Assembly (NCBI GenBank): GCA_030753015.1
Contig: JASMDC010000015.1
Location: 12,769-76,768, forward strand
From: Candidatus Undinarchaeales archaeon
GTDB lineage: Archaea; SpSt-1190; JASMDC01
Length of the DNA: 64,000 bases
Reading direction: 5' to 3'
The notes under the pieces were generated by a model, which saw nothing but the letters and a program-made list of their open reading frames with translations, was not told the origin of the DNA and searched no databases. Both the position numbers and the translations under genes were made by a program. Positions 48,308 to 58,483 of this stretch are shown in pieces. The first letter of the stretch is position 1. Each line of letters starts with the position of its first letter.

Positions 48308-48781
48308 CTACGAGAAGCTGCCGTACACCGTGATCGGCGTCGTCACGTTCTCGAACCCGCGGTCCTCCAGCGCTGCCGCCAGGTCGTGGAACGCCACCTC
48401 GTCCATCTTCGAGCTCCGGAACTCGACCGACACGTTCACCTTGTCAGAACTGAAGGTGCCGCCGCGCTCGTACCGGATGGTGCCATGAGCGACCGTGTGG
48501 ATGTAATGGTCGTCCGGGGGATCGGCCGGCTCGAACTTGAAGTTCATGTAGATGGGATCGCGCTCGTCGTGGCCGACCTCCAGGTCGAGGCCCAGGTCCT
48601 TGTTGGCCAGCTCGAGAGCGAACTCGGCGTCACGGTAGCCCTTGTTGATCTCCTGCTCGTCCATGCCCTTGCCGAACAGGCCAAGGAACTTGCCTGCGTC
48701 CATGGTGAAGTCGGCGTACCCGTCGCCGTGGATCATGTTGACGGCCTCGCCGCCGTACTCGGTGAGCGCGCAGTATCCCAT
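48308..48781 (-). CDS. Hypothetical protein
   Basis: Host-like codon bias; TATA-like CTTAAATA upstream. Confidence 0.65.
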   Translation of the reverse strand: MGYCALTEYGGEAVNMIHGDGYADFTMDAGKFLGLFGKGMDEQEINKGYRDAEFALELANKDLGLDLEVGHDERDPIYMNFKFEPADPPDDHYIHTVAHGTIRYERGGTFSSDKVNVSVEFRSSKMDEVAFHDLAAALEDRGFENVTTPITVYGSFS

Positions 48782-48850
48782 AAGATTACCGTCCTTACTG
48801 ACCGCGCGCTGGATCCCGGTATTTAAGGTTTGCCCGGGGGTGACGGACGC

Positions 48851-49585
48851 TCACGCCAGCTCGTAGATGTGCGTGACGGGGTCCGAGTAGACAAGCCAGA
48901 ACCCATCGATACGCGCCCCGACGAAGGCATCCCCCAGGACCGTCCCCTTGACGGGCCCCGGTTCACGGCCTGCTGCGATGAAGATGGCGTCGGCCTTGGC
49001 AGCGTCCTCGGCATGGACGTACAGGTACCCTGCGCCGTGGACCTTCATCACCGTTCGTGTATCGGCGGGATCGTAGGCGAGCAGTGCATCTGCCACGTCC
49101 CGGACGAGCGCGTGGGGCACGCAGTCGGGGCAGATGATGTCGTCTGCGGGCATCCCCAGGTACTTGGATACCGTCACCGGCAACAGCTCCCTCGAGGGTG
49201 CGTCGATCACCGGCTCGCGCTCGCCGTAGGCGCGGATGGCATGACCGTAGTCCCACCATGAAAGGACGTGCGCGTCCGGCGGCGTGTTCCTGTGCAGCCA
49301 GTCGAGGCCGGGCCGCATGGAGCGCGGGAGCGTCTGGTCGGGGATGATGGTGCGGTTGCCCCTGGTGTACCGCATAAGGGTGATCTCTCGCGCGGCCGTG
49401 CCGTGGCCGACCTCCTCGGTGACAAGCTCCAGGTCGTACCTGCCGCCGATACGCTCGACGTTCTCATCGATATTCCCGGGGCCGTCTGGATTCCCGTACC
49501 CCGTTCCGTCCAAGTAGTTGATGGAGATGATCGCACAAATGATCAGGATCCCGAGGCCCGTCAGCACGTACCGGGTGTCCGTCAT
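48851..49585 (-). CDS. Stand-alone AglB/STT3 C-terminal-domain protein
   Basis: Single N-terminal TM; LDWL..NTP....LSWWDYGH; DxxK-like EDAAK. Confidence 0.75.
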   Translation of the reverse strand: MTDTRYVLTGLGILIICAIISINYLDGTGYGNPDGPGNIDENVERIGGRYDLELVTEEVGHGTAAREITLMRYTRGNRTIIPDQTLPRSMRPGLDWLHRNTPPDAHVLSWWDYGHAIRAYGEREPVIDAPSRELLPVTVSKYLGMPADDIICPDCVPHALVRDVADALLAYDPADTRTVMKVHGAGYLYVHAEDAAKADAIFIAAGREPGPVKGTVLGDAFVGARIDGFWLVYSDPVTHIYELA

Positions 49586-49631
49586 CCTGCAATTGATTCA
49601 GGCGTGGATGCCATAAATACGTGCTGAGCGC

Positions 49632-49658
49632 AAAAAAGGCCTTAAAATCAGGCCTTTT
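49632..49658 (-). terminator. Hairpin plus U-run after the cdc48-MBL operon
   Basis: Minus strand AAAAGGCCT-GATTTTA-AGGCCTTTTTT. Confidence 0.55.
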
Positions 49659-50349
49659 GGGGCTTACTTTCAACGTTCACGACGCTCCCGACGCCCACCT
49701 GGCGGAAGGTGCGGGGGAACAGCTCGGGGAACCGGTCCGGCTCCCGAGTGCAGTGGCACGGGGCCACCAGAGAGAGGTTTTCCAGCTGCCCGGGGTCCTT
49801 TGCGTCATGCATCCCGCCCAGGATGCCCCTGACCCGGCCGTGTAGGCTCGCTGCATCCAGCACCGGGGCAAAGCCGGGATGACAGCACCCGGTGACTGCC
49901 AGAACGCCGGTCCCGGCGTCGACGACCAGCGCCTGCTCTTTCAGTTCACCGCCCAGAGCCGGTGTCGTGCGCACGCCCGGCACCACCCTGCTGCCGTCCT
50001 CGGTCCCCGTCACCGAAACGTCGGCGCGGTTGGACAGCTCGATGCGCAGGTGTCGGGGGATGCCCTCGGGAACGTACAGCGGCACATCCCCCCTGGCCTC
50101 GAGGAAGCGTGCGAGACCCCCCAGATGGTCCCAGTGCGGGTGCGAGAGCACCACGGCATCGACCGACCGGATATCCACTCTCAGCTCTGCCATGTTGTGC
50201 AGGAGAAGTCCGCCGTCGAAGCCAGCGTCGAACAGTACCTTTCCGCCGGGCACCTCTGCGAGGCAGGAAAAGCCCCAGCCGCAGCGCAGCGAGGTCGAAG
50301 CACCTGGCGCGAGCCGGTTGTCGTACAGCACCGTCAGGCGCGCGGTCAT
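49648..50349 (-). CDS. MBL-fold metallo-hydrolase
   Basis: VLYDN, GWGFS, SHPHWDHLGG, TGCCHPG, GGMH, PCHCT. Confidence 0.88.
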   Translation of the reverse strand: MTARLTVLYDNRLAPGASTSLRCGWGFSCLAEVPGGKVLFDAGFDGGLLLHNMAELRVDIRSVDAVVLSHPHWDHLGGLARFLEARGDVPLYVPEGIPRHLRIELSNRADVSVTGTEDGSRVVPGVRTTPALGGELKEQALVVDAGTGVLAVTGCCHPGFAPVLDAASLHGRVRGILGGMHDAKDPGQLENLSLVAPCHCTREPDRFPELFPRTFRQVGVGSVVNVESKPQKA

Positions 50350-50361
50350 AGCAGCCGTCCC

Positions 50362-52644
50362 TCACCGCATGTAGAAGAGGTCTTCTGCTGGCTCCTCCTT
50401 GATCTGGGGAGCAGCGAGCGCCTTCTGTACGAGCTCGTAGAACTTCTTGACCTCCTTGGTAAGAGAGGGGTGCACCTTCTCGCGGGCCTTCTCGAACTCC
50501 GCCAGGGAGACCTGCTTGGCCTCCATGTCCTTGCGGAGGGCAAAGATGGCCGACTCGCGACAGATGGCCTCCAGGTCGCTGCCAACGCAGTTCTCGGTCT
50601 CCTTGGCCAGCTTCTTGAGGTTCACGTCCTTTGCCAGCGGCATGTTCTTGGTGTGCACCTTCAGGATCTCGAGACGCGCTGCCTCGTCGGGAGCGCCAAC
50701 AAGGATGTGGCGGTCGAACCGGCCCGCGCGCATGAGCCCGCGGTCGATGATGTCCGGTCGGTTCGTGGCGCCGATGATGACCACGTCCTGGAGGTCCTCC
50801 AGCCCGTCGATCTCGGTGAGCATCTGGTTGACGACCCGTTCCTCGGCCTTGTGCGAGCCCTCTCCCCCGCGGGAGGACGCGATGGCGTCCAGCTCGTCGA
50901 AGAACACCACCGTGGGCGCTACCTGGCGAGCCTTGCGGAAGATCTCCCGGATGGCCTTCTCGGATTCGCCCAGCCACTTGGAGAGGACCTCGGGGCCCTT
51001 GACCGAGATGAAGTTGGCCTCGCTCTCGTTGGACACGGCCTTTGCGAGCAGGGTCTTTCCGGTGCCCGGCGGTCCGTAGAGGAGGATGCCCGTGGGCGGT
51101 CTGATGCCCAATCGGTCGAACGCGGCCTTGTTCTTTAGCGGCCATTCCACGGCCTCGACCAGCTCCTGCTTGATGTCAGCGCAGCCGCCGATGTCGTCCC
51201 ACGTGATGTTCGGTACCTCGACCAGCACCTCGCGCATGGCCGACGGCCGGACCACCTTGAGGCCCTCGACGTAGTCCTGCCGGTTCACGATGAGCTTTTC
51301 CAGCACCTCGTTGGACAGGCGCTCATCGTCGTCGATGTTGATTAGAGGGAGGAGGCGTCGCAGAGCGCTCATGGCCGCTTCCTTGCTCAATCCCTGGAGG
51401 TCGCTACCGACAAAGCCGTGGGCCGCGTCGGCGATCTCGTCGAGGCTCACGTCCTCTGCGAGCGGCATGTTACGGGTGTGGATCTGCAGGACCTCCTTGC
51501 GGCCCTTGCGGTCGGGAACGCCGATCTCGATCTCGCGATCGAACCTGCCCGCCCGGCGGAGCGCCGGTTCTATGGCGGTCTCGCGGTTGGTGGCCGCGAT
51601 GACGATGACCTGGCCCCGGGAGTTGATACCGTCCATGGAGGCGAGCATCTGGGCCACCACACGGCTCTCCACGCCGCCGACGACGTCCTCGCGCTTGGGG
51701 GCGATGGCGTCGATCTCGTCGATGAAGATGATGGAGGGCGCGTTCTTCTGCGCCTCCTCGAACAGCTCACGCAGGCGCTTTTCTGCCTCGCCCACGTACT
51801 TGGACATGATCTCGGGGCCGTTGATCGATACGAAGTTGGCGTTGGACTCGTTGGCCACGGCCTTTGCGAGCAGGGTCTTTCCCGTGCCCGGGGGGCCGTA
51901 GAGGAGCACGCCCGTGGGCGGGTCGATCCCCAACCGCTCGAAGAGCTCGGGGTGCTTGAGCGGGAGCTCGATCATCTCGCGGACCCGGCGGACTTCTGTG
52001 GAGAGGCCACCGATGTCCTCGTAGGTCACCTCGGGAATGCGCTCGCTCTCGACCTCAACGGCCTCGGGGTGCACCTCGATCTTGGTGGACTCGGTGATGC
52101 GTACGACGCCCTTAGGCGAGGTGCTCACGACCATGAAGCGTGACTGGCCCATGCCGAGCCTGCCGAACGCAAGCTCGTCGGAGAGGAACTCGTAGAACTC
52201 GTCGAAGGGATGGGACGGGTGGGGGGCTGCCAGCGAGCGCAGCTCGATGACGTCGCCCTTGACGGCGGACCGTCCGATGAGGGTCTTTCCCACGACCTCG
52301 CCGGGCATGCGCACGGTGACGCCCTCCTGGGTGGGCGCGATGCTGATGTGCTCCGCCTCCTTGAAGTCGGCCGCGCGCACCTTGATGGTGTCGCCGATGG
52401 TGGTGCCGGCGTTCCGCCGGGTGAGCCCGTCCATGCGGACGATGCGCATGCCGACGTCGCTGGGGTATGCGCGGTCCGCGATCGCTGCGGTCGCCCGCTT
52501 GCCCTCTACCTCCACGACGGCCCCGGGGCTGATCCCGAGCGTGCTCATGGTGCTCGAGTCGAGGCGGACCATACCCCTTCCCACGTCCTGCTGCATGGTC
52601 GTGGGTATCTCTCCGACCCGAAGTTCGATAGCATCGTCTGGCAT
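50362..52644 (-). CDS. cdc48: CDC48/VAT AAA+ ATPase
   Basis: N-domain, two GPPGTGKT Walker A motifs, DEID/DELD Walker B, RFDR arginine fingers, C-terminal aromatic tail (FYMR). Confidence 0.97.
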   Translation of the reverse strand: MPDDAIELRVGEIPTTMQQDVGRGMVRLDSSTMSTLGISPGAVVEVEGKRATAAIADRAYPSDVGMRIVRMDGLTRRNAGTTIGDTIKVRAADFKEAEHISIAPTQEGVTVRMPGEVVGKTLIGRSAVKGDVIELRSLAAPHPSHPFDEFYEFLSDELAFGRLGMGQSRFMVVSTSPKGVVRITESTKIEVHPEAVEVESERIPEVTYEDIGGLSTEVRRVREMIELPLKHPELFERLGIDPPTGVLLYGPPGTGKTLLAKAVANESNANFVSINGPEIMSKYVGEAEKRLRELFEEAQKNAPSIIFIDEIDAIAPKREDVVGGVESRVVAQMLASMDGINSRGQVIVIAATNRETAIEPALRRAGRFDREIEIGVPDRKGRKEVLQIHTRNMPLAEDVSLDEIADAAHGFVGSDLQGLSKEAAMSALRRLLPLINIDDDERLSNEVLEKLIVNRQDYVEGLKVVRPSAMREVLVEVPNITWDDIGGCADIKQELVEAVEWPLKNKAAFDRLGIRPPTGILLYGPPGTGKTLLAKAVSNESEANFISVKGPEVLSKWLGESEKAIREIFRKARQVAPTVVFFDELDAIASSRGGEGSHKAEERVVNQMLTEIDGLEDLQDVVIIGATNRPDIIDRGLMRAGRFDRHILVGAPDEAARLEILKVHTKNMPLAKDVNLKKLAKETENCVGSDLEAICRESAIFALRKDMEAKQVSLAEFEKAREKVHPSLTKEVKKFYELVQKALAAPQIKEEPAEDLFYMR

Positions 52645-52699
52645 AACGGACACCCGTGTGCGAGGGGTGTGGGGATAGCTTTTTATATCCTCTCACGCC

Positions 52700-53299
52700 A
52701 TGCTCCAGCGGGGTATCGTGCTGGACGGAGACCTTTCTGAGCAGGAACGCGAGGACCGCATGCTCCGCTCCGCTGCAGAGGCGCTCGACAGGGCTCTCTC
52801 GTCGCGGGAACGGCGCGCGCTCCATCTCGAGACCTTCATCCAGGACCTCTCCGACCTCATCGTGCTCAAGCTCCGTCCCTCCTTCAGGGCGATCAGCATC
52901 AAAGTGGAGGAGGAGGACAAGCACATCGAGCAGGTCGTCGAAGAGCTGGGTGCCGGACGACGACGGCCGGACAGGACGGTCCGGGCGCTGGAGGCGTTCT
53001 CGCAGGCAGGCAGGGTGCGCGGCGACATGGCAGCGGATTTCCTTGTGGAGAACCGGGTCGTGGGCGAGCCGTTCCAGGCACGACGTCTCGTCGAGAACCT
53101 CGTCCGCTCCCATCGTCTGAGGTGGGACGGCGACTATCTGGAGCTCACCTCAAAAGGGCGGCACCAGGCCAGTGGGGACCACGAGGAACGGACCAGGGAG
53201 GAAATGCATCATGAGCCCGAGCAAAGGGAAGACGAAGAACAAAGGGAAGAACATCCCGCGGATCAGGCTCAGCGGCGCCTTTTCGACGCCGCTGATTAA
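52700..53299 (+). CDS. Hypothetical protein with a C-terminal wHTH-like segment
   Basis: Coding-like; ..LVRS..L....YLELTSKG. Confidence 0.6.
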   Translation: MLQRGIVLDGDLSEQEREDRMLRSAAEALDRALSSRERRALHLETFIQDLSDLIVLKLRPSFRAISIKVEEEDKHIEQVVEELGAGRRRPDRTVRALEAFSQAGRVRGDMAADFLVENRVVGEPFQARRLVENLVRSHRLRWDGDYLELTSKGRHQASGDHEERTREEMHHEPEQREDEEQREEHPADQAQRRLFDAAD

Positions 53300-54548
53300 G
53301 CTCCTTGCGGAGGCCGGGTTCGCGCCCGTGACCGGAGGGCCCCAGGGCCCGGACGACACCACGGTGCACCATCTTCCCAGCCACCGCGGAGTGTCCGTGG
53401 CGGGGCCGGACCGGGACGCGGTGGCGAACGCGATCCGCGACCGTCTTGGCGCGCTCGTCCCCACCGACTATGTTGAGATCGGCAACATCTACCGTGGAGA
53501 GGTGCTCCACCTCCTCAACGAGGGCGCCATCATCGACATGGACGTGTGCGAGGGCTACCTTCCTTTCAAGTTCACCCATCAGTCCTTCGAGCAGGGCGAC
53601 CGCCCCGTCGTCCAGGTCGTGGACGTACCACGCCCCCCGCTCCGCCCCATCATCAGCCAGACCATCTCGGTCCCCTCCAGGAACCTGGTGTTCTCTTCGG
53701 TGACGGACATCACCACGGCCGATGGCATGGATCCCGAGCGGTCGGACGTGCTCATCCAGCTGGCCGAGACCCTCCGTTCCACGAGCTGGGGCATCCACTG
53801 GAAGATCGAGGCACAGAACGCCAACGTCAAGAGCCTCGAGCGGGAAGTGATCGAGCGGCGGGAGTTTCTGGAGCGGCTCGAACAGCTCATGGAAGGTGAC
53901 GACGAGGTGGGTATCCTCTACTCGCCCCACGACTTCCTCAAGGTGCTATTCCCCTACGAGGCCATGGAGGTGCTGGACGAGCTGCGGTCAGCTTCAGTGC
54001 CCACGATCCCACACCACCACTTCCTCTCCTCCCTCGGACCCGAGGCCGGGTTCGCCATCGAGGTCATCGAGGAGCTGGGCGAGCGGGGAGAGGCGGGTGC
54101 TGCCGCCATCCTCGGACGTGCGCTGCGCGGGCTGCGACCGGGAGCCACCATCGATGTGGAGGAGCTCACCGTCACCGGCAAGCGCCGGGCGTGGGAGGTG
54201 GACGTGCGCTCGTTCGACGGCACCGACCTCATGCTCTTGGGACCGACGCATGTGGGCGACACCGCGCTCGTAGAGATACGTCAGGGCGCATGGACGTTCC
54301 CCACCATCTACTTCGATCCCGAGGGGAACGAGATGTTCCGCAACCACACGATCTGCACGCCCATCGAGCTCCGGCCCGAGGGCGTGTCCTACGTCAGCTT
54401 CGGAATCGCCGTGGTGGAGAAGGAGGGCGAGCGCGAGATCGTCAACGAGGAGGAGCTGAGCGCGGCCGTGGCCGAGGGCACCATCTCTGCAGAACTGGCC
54501 ACTCGTGCCCGCACCATCGCCAGCGACCTGGCCACGGGCAATGTCTAG
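53211..54548 (+). CDS. FAU-1-like RNA-binding ribonuclease (S1 + DUF402)
   Basis: GNIYRGEV S1-like region, PTIPHHH, ICTPIEL, EIVNEEEL..AV..G.IS. Confidence 0.7.
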   Translation: MSPSKGKTKNKGKNIPRIRLSGAFSTPLIKLLAEAGFAPVTGGPQGPDDTTVHHLPSHRGVSVAGPDRDAVANAIRDRLGALVPTDYVEIGNIYRGEVLHLLNEGAIIDMDVCEGYLPFKFTHQSFEQGDRPVVQVVDVPRPPLRPIISQTISVPSRNLVFSSVTDITTADGMDPERSDVLIQLAETLRSTSWGIHWKIEAQNANVKSLEREVIERREFLERLEQLMEGDDEVGILYSPHDFLKVLFPYEAMEVLDELRSASVPTIPHHHFLSSLGPEAGFAIEVIEELGERGEAGAAAILGRALRGLRPGATIDVEELTVTGKRRAWEVDVRSFDGTDLMLLGPTHVGDTALVEIRQGAWTFPTIYFDPEGNEMFRNHTICTPIELRPEGVSYVSFGIAVVEKEGEREIVNEEELSAAVAEGTISAELATRARTIASDLATGNV

Positions 54549-55270
54549 AGCTCCACACGCTCCCCGTCACTGAGCAGGTGGACGTTGGACAGGTCCTCCA
54601 GGGACCCCAGCGCGCCGTCGTCCTCGTGCACGTGGGTGAGCAGGAAGCGCGTGCTGTCGAAACGCCCGGCCAGCTCCCGGATGATGGCAGGGCTGCAGTG
54701 CCCGCCCACCGGTCGGCTCTCGCCCACCTCGATGAGCGCCACGTCCGCACCATCAAGAAGGGCGTCGAGCTCGGGTCCGGGACCCGTGTCCCCCGTGTAG
54801 GCGAGCGTTTTCCCGCCGCACGACAGCCGGTACCCACAGCAGGGCAGATGCGACGTGTGGTGCACTGGCATGCGGTGGAACCCGATGCCCGCAACGGTGC
54901 CGGTCAGGTCCGGTTGATGCAGCAAGAGCCCTTCGAGCAGATCGGGAGGAAAGGTCCCCGGGTACGCCAGATCGATGAGGCGCTGCACCGCACCCCATGT
55001 CCCCGGATGGCAGGCGACCGCGAGCGGGCCGTCCCGCGGCACCCGGAAACGGTACTCGAGGAGGAGGAAGGGCAATCCTGCGATATGGTCGAAGTGCGCA
55101 TGGGAGAGCACGATCCCCTCGATCCCGCCGGGGTCCACACCGTGCTCACGCAGACGTGCGAGCGCCGTGGCCGGGCAGTCGAGGAGGAGACGGCCGTCGA
55201 GGAGCGCTCCCGACCACAGTCTGCCATGTGGCGTGAAAGCGTTGCCCGTGCCAAGGAGGAGGAGCTCCAT
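54545..55270 (-). CDS. MBL-fold hydrolase, RNase Z-like
   Basis: LGTG, SHAHFDHIAG, YTGDT, LTH. Confidence 0.85.
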   Translation of the reverse strand: MELLLLGTGNAFTPHGRLWSGALLDGRLLLDCPATALARLREHGVDPGGIEGIVLSHAHFDHIAGLPFLLLEYRFRVPRDGPLAVACHPGTWGAVQRLIDLAYPGTFPPDLLEGLLLHQPDLTGTVAGIGFHRMPVHHTSHLPCCGYRLSCGGKTLAYTGDTGPGPELDALLDGADVALIEVGESRPVGGHCSPAIIRELAGRFDSTRFLLTHVHEDDGALGSLEDLSNVHLLSDGERVEL

Positions 55271-55280
55271 CCCGGCCAGC

Positions 55281-56000
55281 CTAGAGACGGTGCATCAGAT
55301 AGAGGATGACGTTGATGACGAGCTGGCCGTTGTTCATGTTCAGGATGTGCTGGTTGGACATGAACGACAGGTCGCCGATGAACGCCACACGGCCCCGGCC
55401 GTACTCCACGGCGGCCATGACAGGGAGGTACTGTCCCGCCTCGTAGGCATCCTGCTCCGAGTCGAAGTCGAGGTCGCCGAAGGAGGCCTTGGAAGCCCAC
55501 GCGACGACGTTGTCGTACGGGGCGTTGAGCGAGCATGCGGCCACGATGCGGAACTCGCGCACACCGCGCGTGATGGGGTGTTGGCGCAGGTTGAACACCT
55601 TCACATCGTAGATCTTCGACTGGAAACCGTCCCGGATGAAGTACTGCGGATCGCAGATGCGGTCCGGATTGAAGGTGACCGAGTACTTGTCCGCGATGGT
55701 GTTGAGGATGCTGGTGTTGTTGGACGTGTTCCCCCACTCGCCGATGAGGAAGAGCCCGCCACCGTTGTTGACGTAGCGGTGGAGCGCGGTGATCTCGGTG
55801 TCATTGAAGGACACTGTGGGGTAGGCGATGAACACGCAGTCGCAGTCGAGGTCGGTCTGGATGAACTCCTTGTCCCGGAATATCCGGACCTCGATATCCC
55901 TGCTCTGTAGGGCCTCGACCAATACTGAGATACCTCCCGGCTCGGACGCCGTGATCGAGATGTCCCCGCACCTGTCGATGATGATGACGCTTCCTGACAT
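55281..56000 (-). CDS. DUF4350/GIFT-type (GATase-like) domain protein
   Basis: P...F...EI.AL..YV.NGGGL.LIGE, HPIT.GV, GRGRV..IGD. Confidence 0.7.
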   Translation of the reverse strand: MSGSVIIIDRCGDISITASEPGGISVLVEALQSRDIEVRIFRDKEFIQTDLDCDCVFIAYPTVSFNDTEITALHRYVNNGGGLFLIGEWGNTSNNTSILNTIADKYSVTFNPDRICDPQYFIRDGFQSKIYDVKVFNLRQHPITRGVREFRIVAACSLNAPYDNVVAWASKASFGDLDFDSEQDAYEAGQYLPVMAAVEYGRGRVAFIGDLSFMSNQHILNMNNGQLVINVILYLMHRL

Positions 56001-56075
56001 TCCTACTCCCTCCAACTCAAAGAGGTTCTTCTTTTAAAAAAGGTTGGGATTCACCGCACGCATCCGTCGACAGGA

Positions 56076-56975
56076 TCATTTCGCAGGTTCGCATTCCTCG
56101 GACAGGAACTTGACGCTCACGTCCTTGCCCGCAAGCTCGATGATGGCGGCCGAGAGCAGGTCGTCCTCGAAGAAGCTGCCGGTGCTCACGCACATCGTCG
56201 GTCCGATGCGGTCCATCCCCACCGACTCGTGGATATGGCCATGGAGGGAGAGCACGGGCTTCAATTCCTTGATGGCGGCCCGCACTCCCGAGCTCCCCAC
56301 ATGCCGTCCCGAGGGTACCTCGTCGAGGTTGGTGTTCAGCGGCGGAGCGTGGACGACGAGCACGATCGGCGGCTTGGCCTTCTTGGCTGCAGAGACGATC
56401 CGTTTTCTAAGCTCCGGCTCCTCGAACTCGAGGTTCGTCGTGCGCAGCGGCGTGAAGTTGATCCCTCCGAACCCCACGAAGGTGTACCCCTTCACACGCT
56501 TGGTCCGGCCGTGGAGGCTTTTGACCTTCAGCTTCTTGAGCATGGCGTCCGTACCGTCGGGATCGTCGTTACCGGGGATGCATACTACAGGGACGGGCGA
56601 TGCATTGATCGCCTCGGCCACCAGGCGCAGCGACTGCATCTGGAGGCCGTCGTAGAACTCTCCTCCCAGCTCGGGATCGGCCAGCTCCTCCTGCAGTGCC
56701 TCCAGCTCGTCCACGTCGACGACCATGCAAGGGATTCCCTGCTCCCACAGGGACCGCTCCACCTCGTGCGGGTCCTCGATCTCCTCACCGTCCTCCAGCT
56801 CCTCGTCGAAGTGCACGTGGGCGTCGCCCTCGGAGACCACTATGTGGAGGTCGAGCCGGCAGCACAGGTCGCCGCCGAGCACCACCAGGTCGGCCTTCTT
56901 CTCCTTTGCGATCTCCAGTGCGCGGCGTAGGAGGAGGAGGTTGCCGTGGATGTCGCTGAGGTAGAGGATGCGCAT
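56076..56975 (-). CDS. Metallophosphoesterase (calcineurin-like)
   Basis: SDIHG, GGD, PGNDD, HAPP, GHIHE. Confidence 0.88.
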   Translation of the reverse strand: MRILYLSDIHGNLLLLRRALEIAKEKKADLVVLGGDLCCRLDLHIVVSEGDAHVHFDEELEDGEEIEDPHEVERSLWEQGIPCMVVDVDELEALQEELADPELGGEFYDGLQMQSLRLVAEAINASPVPVVCIPGNDDPDGTDAMLKKLKVKSLHGRTKRVKGYTFVGFGGINFTPLRTTNLEFEEPELRKRIVSAAKKAKPPIVLVVHAPPLNTNLDEVPSGRHVGSSGVRAAIKELKPVLSLHGHIHESVGMDRIGPTMCVSTGSFFEDDLLSAAIIELAGKDVSVKFLSEECEPAK

Positions 56976-56986
56976 GCTATCTTGCC

Positions 56987-58216
56987 TCATGCACCGTACT
57001 TCTTGGCACGTCCCGTGATGCCCAGGAAGGTCGGGACCACTTCGATGCCTCTGATTCGGCCCAGACCACCGGTCATGGCAGGCCTCTCACCGAACGTGTC
57101 GACCGCGTCGGTGCGCACGCCCGGACCGCTCATGAGTATGGGTACGGGATCGGCGGAGTGGTTTTTCATCTCGCACGGCGTCGAGTGATCGCCGGTAAGC
57201 ACAAGAAGGGTCCCCTCGGGTGGCATGGCCTCCAGCGCGTCGTCGATGCGTTCGATCATGGCGGCCTTCTCGATGGCCTTCCCGTCGTGGCCGAGGTTGT
57301 CGGTCGCCTTGACGTGCACGAACACCATGTCATAGCCCTTGTCCAGAAGCTCGCAGGCTCCCGTGATCTTGACCCCGACGTCCGTGTCCAGACCGCCGGT
57401 GGCGCCGTCGACTGTCACGATGTCCATGCCCATGGACCGGGCGATACCGGCGTAGAAGGCAGCGCCCGAGATACAGGCGGCCTTGAGCTCGAACCGCTCC
57501 TCGAAGTCAGGGATGTGCGGTACGACACCCGCGCCGCGGATGAGGATGGCGTTGGCGGGCAGCTTGCCATCGGCACGACGCTGCTCGTTGAGAGGATGGG
57601 CCTCGAGCGCCTCGCGCGCCTTGGCCGAGAACTGGTTGAGGATGCGTGCCGTCCTGGCGGCCTCCGGTGTGTCATCCAGCGGCTTGCACTCCTTCAGCGG
57701 CTTCCCCTCCTTCTTGGGATCCAGCGGGCCAACTGCTGCAGAGAGCCCCTCGCCCCTGAGCACCAGTGCGCCCCGGTGCTCGGTACCAGCCTTGAAGAGC
57801 ACCTTGGCATCGTCGAGCTCTATCGCGCTGATCACGTCATCGAATGGGGAGGCGTCCTTGATCCGCCCCGCGCGGCGGTCGGTCACGATCCCAGCATCGT
57901 CGACGGAGGCGAAGTTGCAGCGGAACGCGATGTCACCGGCCTTGAGCTCGATGCCCACACCGGCGGCTTCGAAAGGACCGCGCCCCGTGTACACCTCGTA
58001 GGGATCGTACCCGAGGATGGCCAGATGGGCCACGTCGCTGCCCGGCACCACACCGGGGCGGATGGTGTCCATCAGACCGCTGATACCGTTCGCTGCCAGC
58101 CGGTCAAGGTTCGGCGTCCGTGCGACCTCCAGGGGTGTCAGGCCCCCCATCGACTCCACCGGACGTCCGCCCAGCCCGTCGCAGATGATCAGTAGTACCT
58201 TCGTCTTCTCCTTCAT
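56987..58216 (-). CDS. apgM: 2,3-bisphosphoglycerate-independent phosphoglycerate mutase
   Basis: ICDGLG, PGSDVAH, GRGPFEAAG, DRRAGRI, KATD..GHDG, GDHSTP. Confidence 0.95.
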   Translation of the reverse strand: MKEKTKVLLIICDGLGGRPVESMGGLTPLEVARTPNLDRLAANGISGLMDTIRPGVVPGSDVAHLAILGYDPYEVYTGRGPFEAAGVGIELKAGDIAFRCNFASVDDAGIVTDRRAGRIKDASPFDDVISAIELDDAKVLFKAGTEHRGALVLRGEGLSAAVGPLDPKKEGKPLKECKPLDDTPEAARTARILNQFSAKAREALEAHPLNEQRRADGKLPANAILIRGAGVVPHIPDFEERFELKAACISGAAFYAGIARSMGMDIVTVDGATGGLDTDVGVKITGACELLDKGYDMVFVHVKATDNLGHDGKAIEKAAMIERIDDALEAMPPEGTLLVLTGDHSTPCEMKNHSADPVPILMSGPGVRTDAVDTFGERPAMTGGLGRIRGIEVVPTFLGITGRAKKYGA

Positions 58217-58376
58217 CACGTTCGCCTCCAAGGAATATGTATGCCGACGACGCCGTCAGGACGAATAGGAAGAGCACGCTCTGGTAGAACGCCGGGTCCA
58301 TCCCGGTGATCCTGTCGAGGACGAACAGCATCGCCGTCGCCCCCACCAGAACGAGCAGGAACCGAGGTCCCGACAT
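58104..58376 (-). CDS. Small 2-TM membrane protein
   Basis: Two hydrophobic helices; the tail overlaps the apgM start by about 110 nt, so the 3' end is doubtful. Confidence 0.45.
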   Translation of the reverse strand: MSGPRFLLVLVGATAMLFVLDRITGMDPAFYQSVLFLFVLTASSAYIFLGGERDEGEDEGTTDHLRRAGRTSGGVDGGPDTPGGRTDAEP

Positions 58377-58483
58377 CGTCATCCAAGGGCCTCGGGGTCA
58401 ACGGTCTTAAACCTTTCTGCGGGGTGCGGAAGGTCGCGCCGCCCCCGGCACATTAATAAATGTTTAGAGGGGACGGAAGGCCC

